The position numbers were made by a program, and so were the translations under genes. Below, piece after piece: positions 23,957 to 34,132 of a stretch of 41,259 nt of DNA. The notes below the pieces were generated by a model. That model was given only the letters and a program-made list of their open reading frames with translations. It was not told the DNA's origin and searched no databases. Numbering within the stretch: position 1 is the stretch's first letter; every line of letters starts with the position of its first letter. The stretch covers positions 1-41,259 of the forward strand of contig DASXSD010000110.1 in the NCBI GenBank assembly GCA_036506195.1, read 5' to 3'. Origin of the DNA: Candidatus Dormiibacterota bacterium. Its GTDB lineage: Bacteria > Chloroflexota > Dormibacteria > Dormibacterales > Dormibacteraceae.

Positions 23957-25325
23957 CTGGTCACCTCGAGCTCGCCCGGCGGCCGGACCTGTATGGGACG
24001 CCGGTCATCATCGGCCGCTGGGACGAGCACGTGCTCGCCGCGTCGGAGGAGTCGCTGCCGTTCGGCGTCGTGCCCGGGATGGCGCTGCGCCAGGCCGAGC
24101 ACCTCTGTCCACAGGCGACTTTCGTGCTGCCTGATGAAGAGGCGACCGCTCGCATTCGCGAGCTGATCTCCGCTGCGCTCTACGACCTCGCCCCGGTCGT
24201 CGAGGTTCGCGACGGAGGTATCGCCTGGCTCGACCTGGGTGGCGTCGCGCACCCCGGAGAATCGATCCGCGAGGCGCGCCGGCGATTGTTGAAGGCGATC
24301 GGCCGGGAACCGCGACTGGGTCTTGCACCAGGTCCGTTCTCGGCACGACTCGCCGCCGCCCGCGCACGCCCCGGGCGCCTGCTCCAGGTCGATGACGCGC
24401 GGACCTTTCTCGCGCCTCTTCCCTCTCGCGAGCTCCCCCTTGACGCCGAGCACCTCGAACGGCTCGACCTCCTTGGTCTACGCACACTCGCAGCTGTTGG
24501 GGCAATCGGCCCTCGCGAGCTGGAAAGCCAGCTGGGTCGGGTAGGGCGTCATGCGGTGCTGCTCGCCCGAGGTCTCGAGCCTGATCAGCTCGAGCCGTGG
24601 CGGCCACCTCTTTTCACGAGCGCTCATCGGCAGTTCGGGGCCCCAGTCGAGGATCGCGAAGCGTTGCTCTTCGTTGCGCGGGCGTTGTGCGGTGACCTTG
24701 CCGATGAGCTCGGGCTTCGCGGAGCAGGCGCCAAGCAGGTGCGAGTGCGACTCGCCGCCGAGTCGGGTGAGGACGAACAGAGGGAGTCAATAGTCCGCCA
24801 TCCGTTGAGCAGCAGCGCCGAGCTTTTCGGGCTCGTCGGGGCGTGGATCAAGGAATGGCGGCCACGCGCGCCGATCACCGAGCTTTGGATCGAGCTGCCG
24901 GTGCTCGAAGGCGCCGGTCGCCGGCAGCTGAGGTTGTGGGCGGGCGGCGACGGAAGCAGTGAAGAGGTCGCCGCCGCGATGGAGCGTTTGCAGGAGCGCT
25001 TCGGCGACGACGTGATCTGGAAGCTAACTCCTCCCCATTCATGGGGAGGTGGCGCCGCAGGCGCCGGAGGGGCTTGGTGACTCGCTTGCTCTCGCCGCCC
25101 GCGGCAATCGACGTCACGCTCGGACCCGGCGGTGCTCCCGAATCGATCATCGGGGCCTTCACGGGCTCGATTGACCCCATCGCGCGCTGGAAAGTCGAGA
25201 CGACGTGGTGGACCAGGCCGGTCGTCCGCGAGTACTGGAAGGTGGTGCTCAACAGCAACCTGCTGTGCGAGCTCTATCACGACATGTCGAGCAACGGCTG
25301 GTTCATCGAGCGCGTTTATGACTGA
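23935..25325 (+). pseudogene. imuB: imuB (Y-family polymerase-like), with its reading frame broken by repeat copy B and no canonical start codon
   Basis: The N-terminal and middle parts are in the frame of track ORF 23752..25080 (...LELARRPDLYGTPVIIG...MALRQAEHLCPQ...), which ends at a TGA at the 3' edge of the repeat. The conserved C-terminal domain (RLLSPPAAIDV...RWKVETTWW...WFIERVYD) is in a different frame (track ORF 25041..25325), and its stop overlaps the dnaE2 ATG by 8 nt. Confidence 0.6.
25023..25078 (+). repeat. REP-like two-hairpin repeat, copy B (inside imuB)
   Basis: GCTAACTCCTCCCCATTCATGGGGAGGTGGCGCCGCAGGCGCCGGAGGGGCTTGGT. The hairpins are CTCCCC-ATTCAT-GGGGAG and GGCGCC-GCA-GGCGCC. 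It is nearly identical to copy C, including the leading GCTAACT. Confidence 0.8.
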
Positions 25326-28300
25326 GGCGCCGTACGTCGAGCTGCACAGCCACTCCAACTTTTCTTTCCTGGACGGCGGCTCACATCCATACGAGATGGC
25401 GCTGCGAGCCGCGGAGCTCGAGATGCCGGCGCTCGCGATCACCGACCGCGGTGGCGTCTACGGAGCCGTCCGCCACCTCCAGGCCTGCCGCAAGCTCGGC
25501 GTCAAGCCGATCATCGGGAGCGCGTTGGAGGTCGATGGCGAGGAGCTGATCCTCATCGCGCGCAACCTCAAGGGGTACTCCAACCTCTGCCGTCTGCTCA
25601 GCGTCGCCCACGCCGACCAACCCAAAGGCGAAGCGCGCACGACTCTCGCGACGGTCGCCGAGCATCGCGGTGATCTCTTCTATCTCAGCCCGACCGACCA
25701 CGAAGAGCGCCTTCGCAACCTCCAGGACGCCCTGGGCCGCGAGAACGTATTCAGCGAGCTCCACCACCACCTGCGACCGGAGGACCAGTGGGTGCTCGAG
25801 GGTCGCGCCGCCATGGCGGGCAGCTGTGGAGCGGCGGTTGTGGCCACCAACCAGGTCCACTACCACGTCGCTGCGCGGCGAAGGCTGCACGACGTGATGG
25901 TGGCCATCCGCCATCGGGCAACGCTCGAAGAGGCGCAACCCCACCTCCTCTCCAACTCGGAGCATCACCTCAAAGGCGGCGCCGAGCTGCGCCGGCTCTT
26001 CAAAGGACACGAAGAGGCGCTGGCGACGCCGTGGGAGATCGCGCAACAGTGCGACGTCGACCTCGACTTCCGGAAAGTCCGCTTCCCGGGCTACCCGGTG
26101 CCCGCTGGCGAAACGCCCTTCTCGTTCCTCTACAAGCTCTGCTTCGAGGGTCTGCGCGAGCGCTACCACCCCATCACCTCGGCCGTCACCCGCCGCCTGC
26201 AGCACGAGCTCGAGGTGATCGAGAAGACCGGACTCGCCGAGTTCTTCCTCATCAACTGGGACCTGATGCGCTTCGCGCGAGACCACGGCGTGCCGGGTCA
26301 GGGCCGCGGCTCGGCGGCCGACTCGATCGTCGCCTACGTGCTGGGCATCACTCGCGTCGACCCCATCGAGCACAACCTTCTCTTCGAGCGCTTTCTGCAC
26401 GAAGAGATGACCAGCACGCCCGACATCGACATCGATTTCTCGACCGAGCACCGCGAGCAGGTCATCCAGTACATCTACGAGAAGTACGGCTGGGAGCGGA
26501 CCGGCATGGTCTGCAACGTGGTCACCTTCCAGCCGCGGATGGCGATCCGGCAAGTCGGCAAAGCCCTCGGCTTCTCAGCAGAGCTTCTGGACCGCCTGGC
26601 CAAAGGCGTGGACCGGTGGTTCACGGAAGACGTCGAGGACTCGATGACGGGCGCCGTCCCGCCTCCCGACATGAGACCGCAGAGCTGGCAGCAGTTCCTC
26701 GAACTGTGCCGGGAGGTGATCGAGTTTCCTCGACACCTTTCGATCCACAACGGCGGCATGCTGGTCACGGGCGAGCCGCTGGTCGACATCGCCCCGGTCG
26801 AGCCCGCGACGATGGAAGGACGGCGCGTCGTCCAGTTCAACAAGGACGACGTCGAAGACCTGGGCCTGATCAAGATGGACATGCTCGGCCTGCGCACGCT
26901 TTCGGTGGTCGCCGAGGCGCTTGACCTGATCAAGGACACGACAGGCACCAGGCCTGACCTCGACCGGCTTGCCCTGAACGACCCCGCTGTCTACGAGATG
27001 TGCGGCGAGGCCGATACCATCGGCGTGTTCCAGATCGAGTCCCGCGCGCAGATGCAGACGCTGCCTCGAACAAGGCCCCAGACCTTCAACGACCTGGTGG
27101 TCGAGGTTGCGATCATCCGGCCCGGGCCCATCCAGGGCAACGCGGTACATCCGTACATCCGCCGCAAGCAGGGCCGCGAGCCGGTCACCTACGCGCATCC
27201 CCTGCTAGAGCCGATCCTCGAGGACACGCTGGGCGTGATCCTCTACCAGGAGCAGATCATCGAGATCGCGATGCATGTCGCCGGCATGAAGCCTGGCCGT
27301 GCAGACGGCTTTCGCCGAGCCATGACACGCCATCTCAATCGCGTCGAGATGTCATCACTCGAAGACGAGTTCATCAGCGGCTGCCTCGCCAATGATGTGC
27401 CACGCGCGGTCGCCGACCAGCTCTTCGCCGCGGTGCAGGGTTTTGCGGTCTATGGCTTTTGCCGCTCGCACGCCGCCGCGTTCGCGCGAACCTCCTACGA
27501 GACGGCGTGGATGAAGCTGCACCACCCGGTGGAGTTCGGCTGCGGCCTCCTGAACAACCAACCCATGGGCTTCTACCACCCGAGTGTGCTGGTCGAAGAC
27601 TTGAAGCGTCACGGACTGCAAGCGCTGCCGGTCGACATCAATCGCTCCGACGTCCGCTGCCTGCCGGAGCGCTTTGACGCCGGGCTCGCGATGCGGATCG
27701 GTCTCAACTACGTGCGCGACCTTGGCGAGGAAGGACGCAAGGCCATCGTCGAGGAGCGCGGCCGAGGCGGGATCTATCGCTCCTTCGACAACTTCCTCAG
27801 CCGGCTGCGCGGCGGGCCCATCGGTCCGCGCGCTGTCCGCAACCTGGTCATGGTCGGCGCTTTCGATGCTCTCGGCCGGCCCAGACGTGAGCTCGTATGG
27901 GGATGGCAGGAACGGTGGCATGGCAAAGGCTTGCGCCGCGGGATCGACAAGCAAACAGAGCTCAGTCTTGGCGCCACGGCGCCTGAACTGCCAGGCGTGG
28001 ACGCCTTCGACGCAAACCAGCTCGAGTACAGGATCTCCGACCTCTCGACCGGGCATCACCTCATCCACTTCTGCCGCGACCGGCTGCGCGAGATGGGAGC
28101 GCTCGAAACCAACAAGCTGCCCAAGATCCGCAACAACCAGGCGGTCCGGGTGGCGGGCCTGGTCATCACGCGCCAGGCGCCGGCCACGGCGAACCGGATC
28201 CGCTTTTTCACCCTGGAGGATGAGTTCGGGCAGGTCAACGTGACCATCAAACCCGAGGTCTACGAGCGCTATCGCCAGGTCGCCAACAGGCAACCGATCC

Positions 28301-28416
28301 TGATCATCGAAGGAGTGATGCAGCGGCAGGATGGCGTTCACTCTGTCCTCGCGAGGCACATCGAGGCGCTCCAGGGCGTCCCCCGACCTGCGCAGCGCTC
28401 GCACGACTACCGCTGA
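25318..28416 (+). CDS. dnaE2: Error-prone DNA polymerase III alpha-like subunit DnaE2
   Basis: PHP domain start MTEAPYVELHSHSNFSFLDGG plus polymerase core motifs (GRGSAADSIVAYVLGIT, DIDIDF, IRPGP, YQEQ). 1032 aa, matching the short DnaE2 architecture, and located downstream of imuA/imuB. The track ORF start 25132 includes non-homologous leader sequence. Confidence 0.92.
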   Translation: MTEAPYVELHSHSNFSFLDGGSHPYEMALRAAELEMPALAITDRGGVYGAVRHLQACRKLGVKPIIGSALEVDGEELILIARNLKGYSNLCRLLSVAHADQPKGEARTTLATVAEHRGDLFYLSPTDHEERLRNLQDALGRENVFSELHHHLRPEDQWVLEGRAAMAGSCGAAVVATNQVHYHVAARRRLHDVMVAIRHRATLEEAQPHLLSNSEHHLKGGAELRRLFKGHEEALATPWEIAQQCDVDLDFRKVRFPGYPVPAGETPFSFLYKLCFEGLRERYHPITSAVTRRLQHELEVIEKTGLAEFFLINWDLMRFARDHGVPGQGRGSAADSIVAYVLGITRVDPIEHNLLFERFLHEEMTSTPDIDIDFSTEHREQVIQYIYEKYGWERTGMVCNVVTFQPRMAIRQVGKALGFSAELLDRLAKGVDRWFTEDVEDSMTGAVPPPDMRPQSWQQFLELCREVIEFPRHLSIHNGGMLVTGEPLVDIAPVEPATMEGRRVVQFNKDDVEDLGLIKMDMLGLRTLSVVAEALDLIKDTTGTRPDLDRLALNDPAVYEMCGEADTIGVFQIESRAQMQTLPRTRPQTFNDLVVEVAIIRPGPIQGNAVHPYIRRKQGREPVTYAHPLLEPILEDTLGVILYQEQIIEIAMHVAGMKPGRADGFRRAMTRHLNRVEMSSLEDEFISGCLANDVPRAVADQLFAAVQGFAVYGFCRSHAAAFARTSYETAWMKLHHPVEFGCGLLNNQPMGFYHPSVLVEDLKRHGLQALPVDINRSDVRCLPERFDAGLAMRIGLNYVRDLGEEGRKAIVEERGRGGIYRSFDNFLSRLRGGPIGPRAVRNLVMVGAFDALGRPRRELVWGWQERWHGKGLRRGIDKQTELSLGATAPELPGVDAFDANQLEYRISDLSTGHHLIHFCRDRLREMGALETNKLPKIRNNQAVRVAGLVITRQAPATANRIRFFTLEDEFGQVNVTIKPEVYERYRQVANRQPILIIEGVMQRQDGVHSVLARHIEALQGVPRPAQRSHDYR

Positions 28417-28526
28417 CCAGGGTCGGCGATTCCTTACTTTCTGTAGCCGAACGCGGTGCTTTTGCGCCAAGCTATTCAGCTAAAGCCGCATTCATCGCAG
28501 CAACCCCAGAGGACAAAGCACCACCA

Positions 28527-29099
28527 ATGTCGATCGCCCGAGAAATCGAAGACATCGCCCGAGACCTGATCAAGCATCAGCACGACCACCCTCCAGTCCG
28601 TGACCTCAACCGCGAAGTGGAGCGCCGCCAGACCTTCGCCGACCGTGTCGCCGACGACTTCTCCCGCCTCGTCGGCAGCTGGGTCTTCGTGCTCGTCCAG
28701 GTCGGGATCATGGTCATCTGGGTCGGGCTGAACGCGCTGAACCTGATCCGGCCCTGGGACAGATACCCGTTCCTGTTCCTGAATTTCATCCTCAGCCTCG
28801 AGGCCGCGATCTGGGTCTCAGTCGTCCTGATGGCGCTGAATCGAATCGCAGACCGGGACCGACTTCGCGCGCAACAGGATTACGAGCTGAACGTCAAGGC
28901 TGAGGAAGAGCTGAAGGCGCTGATGAATCACCTCATGCACCAGGACGAGATCCTGCTTCAGATCGTCAACCGTCTGGACCGCGGCGACCGCGAGATGAAG
29001 CGCCTGGCGCGGCGTCTCGAGGAGGCGATCGAATCGAACGCGCAACAGCCTGCGCCTGCGCACGTCGAGCGGCCCCCGATCAGCCTCCCCGCGCCCTAG
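28527..29099 (+). CDS. DUF1003 membrane protein
   Basis: FADRVADDFSRLVGSWVFVLV...WDRYPFLFLNFILSLEAAIWVSVVLMALNR and the coiled C-terminal region are characteristic of DUF1003. Confidence 0.8.
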   Translation: MSIAREIEDIARDLIKHQHDHPPVRDLNREVERRQTFADRVADDFSRLVGSWVFVLVQVGIMVIWVGLNALNLIRPWDRYPFLFLNFILSLEAAIWVSVVLMALNRIADRDRLRAQQDYELNVKAEEELKALMNHLMHQDEILLQIVNRLDRGDREMKRLARRLEEAIESNAQQPAPAHVERPPISLPAP

Positions 29100-30520
29100 G
29101 GGGCCACGGCGAGTAGCTTCGCGCCCAGCTCGCGCACGACCTCCACGATCATGTCGACGTCCTTTTCGGTCGTCCGCCAGTTCACGATCGCGGGGCGGAA
29201 GGCGACCTTGCCCGCGTACTCGGTCGTCCCGAAATAGACGCGCCCGTCCTCGAGCACCATCGCTCCGAGCTTCCGGTTGAGCTCGTCCAGCTCGGACTCG
29301 GGAATCTCCGGCGGATGAAACCTGAAACAGACGATGTTCAGCGGCACGTCCGCAAGCCGCTCCAGGTCCGGAGCCGAATCGACCTGCGCCGCGACCCGCC
29401 GAGCCAGGGCAAGGTGGCGTTCGAGCATCGCCTCATACCCCTTTCGGCCGTAAGCCCGAAGCGTGGCCCAGACCGGAAGCGCTCGCGCGCGCCGCGACAT
29501 CTCGGAGGCGAGGTTGCCGAAGACCGGCCGCTCGAGCGCCTCCTTTCCGAGGTAGGCGGCGCTCGCTGAGAAACCGCCTGCGTGAAGGCTTGGGTCGCGC
29601 ACGAACGCAAATCCTGTGTCGTAGGGGGCGTTCAACCACTTGTGCCCGTCGACCGCGATCGAATCAGCCGCCTCGATGCCGTCGGTGAGGTGACGCGTCG
29701 AAGGAGCGACGGCCGCGTACAACCCGAACGCTCCGTCGATGTGAAGCCACGCGCGGTGCCTGTGCGCCAGCGAGGCCATCTCTCGAATCGGATCGAAGTC
29801 GCCCGTATTGACGTCACCAGCAGTGGCGAGCACGATCGCGGGCTTACCGTCAAGAGCGCGCAGTGCGTCTTCCAGCGCCGCAAGGTCGACGCGACCGGCT
29901 GGGTCGCGGGCCAGGATCGTTGGTTGCTTTCGGCCCAGGCCGAGCATCCCGGCTGCCTTGACCGCGCTCGCGTGCAGGTAGCCGCCGGCAAACATCGGAA
30001 CCGCGGGCAGACCGGAGAACCCGCTCTCGTCGATGTCGACTCCCTGCTCGAGTCCCCACCAGCGCCTCGCCGACGCCAACCCGACGAGATTGGCGGTGGT
30101 CGCTGCGGATGTCATCACGGCGCTCCACTCGGCCGGAATCCCGAAAAGCTCCTTCATCCATCCGAGGGTGACCTGCTCGATCCGCGACGCCAGCGGCGAG
30201 CTGACCCAGTTGTAGGCGCTCTGGTTGAGGGTCGAGGTGAGCCAGTCGGCGCCCAGAGCCGCGGGCGTGACGCCGCCCATCACGAAGTGGAAGAAACGCG
30301 GTCCCGTGGACCGGGTGGCTCCTCCTTTCGCTGCCGCGACCAGCTCGGTCAGCGATTGCATGGAGCCGATTCCATCTGAAGGAAGACCACCGCCGAACGC
30401 CGGCTGGGCCGGCGGCCGGACCGGCGAGTCATCGACCGTCGCGAGATAAGCCTCGGCTTCTCGCTCGATCAACCGCAAAGCTTCGGCGAGCTGGACCCGG
30501 TCGTGGAGCGGATCAGGCAT
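29096..30520 (-). CDS. PLP-dependent group II amino-acid decarboxylase
   Basis: SIAVDGHKWLNAPYDTGFAF contains the PLP-lysine motif HKW. The fold-type I N-terminal region and the 474-aa size also fit. Confidence 0.85.
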   Translation of the reverse strand: MPDPLHDRVQLAEALRLIEREAEAYLATVDDSPVRPPAQPAFGGGLPSDGIGSMQSLTELVAAAKGGATRSTGPRFFHFVMGGVTPAALGADWLTSTLNQSAYNWVSSPLASRIEQVTLGWMKELFGIPAEWSAVMTSAATTANLVGLASARRWWGLEQGVDIDESGFSGLPAVPMFAGGYLHASAVKAAGMLGLGRKQPTILARDPAGRVDLAALEDALRALDGKPAIVLATAGDVNTGDFDPIREMASLAHRHRAWLHIDGAFGLYAAVAPSTRHLTDGIEAADSIAVDGHKWLNAPYDTGFAFVRDPSLHAGGFSASAAYLGKEALERPVFGNLASEMSRRARALPVWATLRAYGRKGYEAMLERHLALARRVAAQVDSAPDLERLADVPLNIVCFRFHPPEIPESELDELNRKLGAMVLEDGRVYFGTTEYAGKVAFRPAIVNWRTTEKDVDMIVEVVRELGAKLLAVAP

Positions 30521-32471
30521 CGCCCAAATTTATCCTGTACACGGCGTACCCGCCATCGTCGTAGACCTTGGTCGCGTGCTCGTCCCAGTAGGCGCGACTG
30601 CCACCGCGCGGCACCTCCTGCGGTCCGATCACCACGTAGTCGATGCCGTACTTGCGCGCAAGCGTCAGTGCGGACTCATCCCCGCTCAAGATGAGCTTGT
30701 CGTCCTCCCCCTTCTGCACGTAGTCGGCGAGGCCATATGTCCACAGCCAGCCCGGGTATCCGATCAGCTCGCGCCGCCCCGCCAGCGTCGGGATCGGGCT
30801 GTTGTGCTCGTCGGCCACGGCAAACATGGCGTCCGGACTTGTGTTGTGGCGCACCCAGTCCGCGACTTTGAGCCCGCCCGAATCCGTGAACTGGTAAGCG
30901 CTCACGCTGAAGTCCGAAGCCCGCGCAAGGTCGAGCGCTCCCGACAGACCGAGCAGCACCATCGACACGACGGCGACGACCGCGGTCAGCGGGCCGCGCC
31001 GGAGCATCGTGGCGAGCAGCGCGCCCACAAGCATGCTGCCCAGCAGGAGCCAGAAGACGAAGAACTTCGTGTTGTCCCAGATCCACGGCTGTAGGACGAC
31101 CAAGTTCGGGACCGCAAACCAGAGCCACATCGGGGCAAACCAGGTCGGAAACGCGGTGGGAAAGGAGCGCAGGGCAACGTGCGCAGTGAGCAGGAGCGGA
31201 AGTAGCAGCGACGTGTTCCAGATCCAGAACAGCAGCCACTCCAGCTCAAACATCACAGGGCCGTCGCGCAGCAAGTCACCGGGCGACAGCCAACCCACCT
31301 GGAGGCAGAATCCACCGATCGATGTCCCGACGCCACAGACCGCAGTGTTGTCGGGAGGCCACATCCAGACGAGGATCGGCACGCCGACCACAAGCGCCGG
31401 CACAAAGTAGGCGAGCCACTCCACGCGGCGGTTGAAGAGCGCCCAGAAGGCCGCGAGCGCGACGACTGTCCCGTACGCATGGACGTGGAACAACGGCATC
31501 ACCGCAGCGACGAGCCCGGCGAATAGAAACGGACGCCACGCCAGTCGCCGGCGGACGGCGAGCCAAAGCACGATCAGCACGATCAGCGTCAGGCTGAAGC
31601 CGAACAGCGTCGAACGCTGCGGCACCAGGTAGGCGAGCACCGGGTTCAGCCACTGCAGGTTGACCGCGCGATTCAGCGTGTACTCGCTGGGGAGGTGCAC
31701 CAACACGCTCAGACCAAACCGCTGAACGTCACCCAGCAGGTAGACAAAACCAAGCCCGCCGCTGAGGAGAAAGACGAAGACGGCAATCGCCGATGCCACC
31801 CGGCTGGCGGTGAACCTCAAGGCTGTGAGGTAGAGAACGGCCGGAAACGCGACGCCGAGCATTGCGCTCGTCGCCGTCAGTGCCTCGGTCAGCCGAGCTC
31901 CCAACGGGACGAGGTCCGCGGCGAGGAAGTCGATCATGAAGGGATAGCCCAGGTGGTGACCCGGGTCGATCGGGAACTCGGGTGGAAAGTTGTGCCCGTA
32001 GGCGAATGAGCCGGCAAAGCTCAGGTGCGCCGCCCAGTCGCCCCAGATGTTGATGTAGCCGGCGTAGAGACCGTTCGGCGTGTACACGTAGGCCTGGTGC
32101 AGGAGATGGACGGTCCATGCTGCGCAGGCCGCGAAAACCAGGACCAGCGGCCAGGGATGCGTCCCGCCGCGAGGCGATGCTGACCACCGCCCGCGGGCAT
32201 CTGCCCAATCGGCAACGAGCTGCGCCCGACCGAAAAAGATGCCCATCACGCCCGCCGTCACAGTGACCGCCAGGCCGACCAGCACTGTCAGCAAGGTGAC
32301 GTCGCGGACGAGCAGTGCCGGCACAAACGTGGCGACTGAAACCGCCATCGCGCCCATCACGGCACCGAACACGACTCGCTCCTCGAACGCGAAAGCGATG
32401 CCGGAGAGGTACGTGATTCCAAAACCCGCGGCGGCGCTCGCGGCCAGGAATCCAGTTAGAGCTAGTTCCAA
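30513..32471 (-). CDS. Polytopic membrane protein, putative GT-C-type glycosyltransferase with a C-terminal extracytoplasmic domain
   Basis: More than 12 predicted TM segments followed by a soluble ~130-aa tail. The function is assigned only from topology and the neighbouring GT39 gene. The ATG at 32537 would overlap the upstream gene by 76 nt; an in-frame TTG at 32471 overlaps it by only 10 nt. Confidence 0.55.
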   Translation of the reverse strand: MELALTGFLAASAAAGFGITYLSGIAFAFEERVVFGAVMGAMAVSVATFVPALLVRDVTLLTVLVGLAVTVTAGVMGIFFGRAQLVADWADARGRWSASPRGGTHPWPLVLVFAACAAWTVHLLHQAYVYTPNGLYAGYINIWGDWAAHLSFAGSFAYGHNFPPEFPIDPGHHLGYPFMIDFLAADLVPLGARLTEALTATSAMLGVAFPAVLYLTALRFTASRVASAIAVFVFLLSGGLGFVYLLGDVQRFGLSVLVHLPSEYTLNRAVNLQWLNPVLAYLVPQRSTLFGFSLTLIVLIVLWLAVRRRLAWRPFLFAGLVAAVMPLFHVHAYGTVVALAAFWALFNRRVEWLAYFVPALVVGVPILVWMWPPDNTAVCGVGTSIGGFCLQVGWLSPGDLLRDGPVMFELEWLLFWIWNTSLLLPLLLTAHVALRSFPTAFPTWFAPMWLWFAVPNLVVLQPWIWDNTKFFVFWLLLGSMLVGALLATMLRRGPLTAVVAVVSMVLLGLSGALDLARASDFSVSAYQFTDSGGLKVADWVRHNTSPDAMFAVADEHNSPIPTLAGRRELIGYPGWLWTYGLADYVQKGEDDKLILSGDESALTLARKYGIDYVVIGPQEVPRGGSRAYWDEHATKVYDDGGYAVYRINLGDA

Positions 32472-34132
32472 CAGAAGATCTGCGGCTGCGACGGCGGCAG
32501 GTCGCGGCAGTTGACAAGCCAGATCTTCGGTCCCCACGGCGGCGTCCCTGAGCTCTCAAACCAGGCCGGGCGAGAGATGGGCACGGCCGTCCAGACCGGG
32601 TAGAAGTAGCCAAAGAAAAGTATGGCGGTCGCGAGGTGCAAGGCCACGAGCGCTTCCCGGTTTGGCGAGCGCAACTTCCCCGCGAGATACACGAGCACGA
32701 AGGCGAGCGCCAGGATCATGAAAATCAGCCCGCCGAACATGTGGTACATGAACAGCACGCGCGTGATCGGAAACCAGGGCGCGTACTGGCTGACGAACCC
32801 GATAAGGATCAACGCTGCTGGAAAACTTCGATGGCGGACGATGAAGTAAGGAAGGGCGGCGACGCAAGGCAGGCTTGTCCACCAGATCCACGGATTGCCG
32901 AGGTTTGACATGCGAGCCCAGATCGGCTGTCCGGTAAATACATCGGTGCCCAGCCCGTCGTACTGGGCGTAGTAGAGGACCGGTCGAGCGAGAAACGGCC
33001 ACGACCACGCGGGTGAGCCGTAGGGATGCGTAGCGGTCAGAAGGCGGTGATAGACGATCGTCTGGAGGTGGTAGTGGATGAGGTCGTCCAGGTGGTGGAA
33101 CTGACCGCGCGCGAAGAACGGGTACCACGATGCCACGTAGATGCCGAGCGGGATCACCATCAATGCGAGCACGCCGATTGATAGATAGCGAGGCCAGAAC
33201 AAGGCCGACACGCTGAATACCGGCGTGCCCCATTCGATCTTGAACGCGTGCAGCGCGGCCCTGACCGCCAAAAAGAAGACGATCGTCGCCCAGGCAGCAA
33301 GCACGATCCATTTCGCGGCGATGCCGATGCCGAGAACGGTGCCGAGTGCGACCAGCGAGAGCATCGAGCTGTTGAACGTTCGGCTCTGGATGTGGACCAG
33401 GAACAGGAAGTACGCGGCCAGGATGAAGAAGATCGGGAAGATGTCGATCATCCCGATGCGCGACTGGACGAAGAACATCCCGTCGAAGCACGCGAGCGTC
33501 GCCGCGGCGATCGCGAACAACCGATTGGGCCAGAGGCGCCGGGCGAAGAGAAACATCATCGGGATGCACAGCGTTCCGAAGATGCAGGCGGCGATGCGCC
33601 AGCCGAACGTGTTGAATCCCAGGTCGATGTAATCGCCGGAAGCCCCCTGGAAGTGCGCCCGGAACCATCCATATCCCCACATGCCCGCCGCGATGAGCTC
33701 TTTCGCCAGCGGCGGTTCGGGGTCGAAGTAGTTGTACTGGCAGAGCGCCGTGGTCGTCCGGCACTTCTCAATGCCCTTGACATCGTCATAGGCATCGACC
33801 GGGAAATAGATCTCGTCGAACACCTGCCCGTGCGGGGGCTGCAGCACACCATTGGCGTCCTCGTACCCGCGGTTGAACGGGTAGGCGAGTCCGCAGATGG
33901 TGCCGAGGTCGCCGGCAGGATTGACCGGCGTGCTCGAAACGCAGTTGGTGATCCATGGGGCCTGAAACGGATGGACGAAGAAATCGGGAAGGATCGGACT
34001 GAAGAAGCGAATCGCAAATGCGACCACGGTCAGGACGAGGATCGCGATCAGATCGATTCGGTCGAAATAGTTCCTCGCGGCCGTCGGAGTCAGTGGCGCG
34101 TCCTGGATTCCGACACCGCGAGGCCGGATCAC
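32462..34132 (-). CDS. GT39 family protein O-mannosyltransferase-like (PMT/ArnT-type) glycosyltransferase
   Basis: The first-loop motif HGQVFDEIYFPVDAYD (acidic DE motif of PMTs), a multi-TM core and the conserved C-terminal YHM..G region are present. GTG at 34132 overlaps the upstream stop as GTGA. The track N-terminal extension to 34573 is shadow sequence overlapping the previous gene. Confidence 0.8.
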   Translation of the reverse strand: MIRPRGVGIQDAPLTPTAARNYFDRIDLIAILVLTVVAFAIRFFSPILPDFFVHPFQAPWITNCVSSTPVNPAGDLGTICGLAYPFNRGYEDANGVLQPPHGQVFDEIYFPVDAYDDVKGIEKCRTTTALCQYNYFDPEPPLAKELIAAGMWGYGWFRAHFQGASGDYIDLGFNTFGWRIAACIFGTLCIPMMFLFARRLWPNRLFAIAAATLACFDGMFFVQSRIGMIDIFPIFFILAAYFLFLVHIQSRTFNSSMLSLVALGTVLGIGIAAKWIVLAAWATIVFFLAVRAALHAFKIEWGTPVFSVSALFWPRYLSIGVLALMVIPLGIYVASWYPFFARGQFHHLDDLIHYHLQTIVYHRLLTATHPYGSPAWSWPFLARPVLYYAQYDGLGTDVFTGQPIWARMSNLGNPWIWWTSLPCVAALPYFIVRHRSFPAALILIGFVSQYAPWFPITRVLFMYHMFGGLIFMILALAFVLVYLAGKLRSPNREALVALHLATAILFFGYFYPVWTAVPISRPAWFESSGTPPWGPKIWLVNCRDLPPSQPQIFCWN

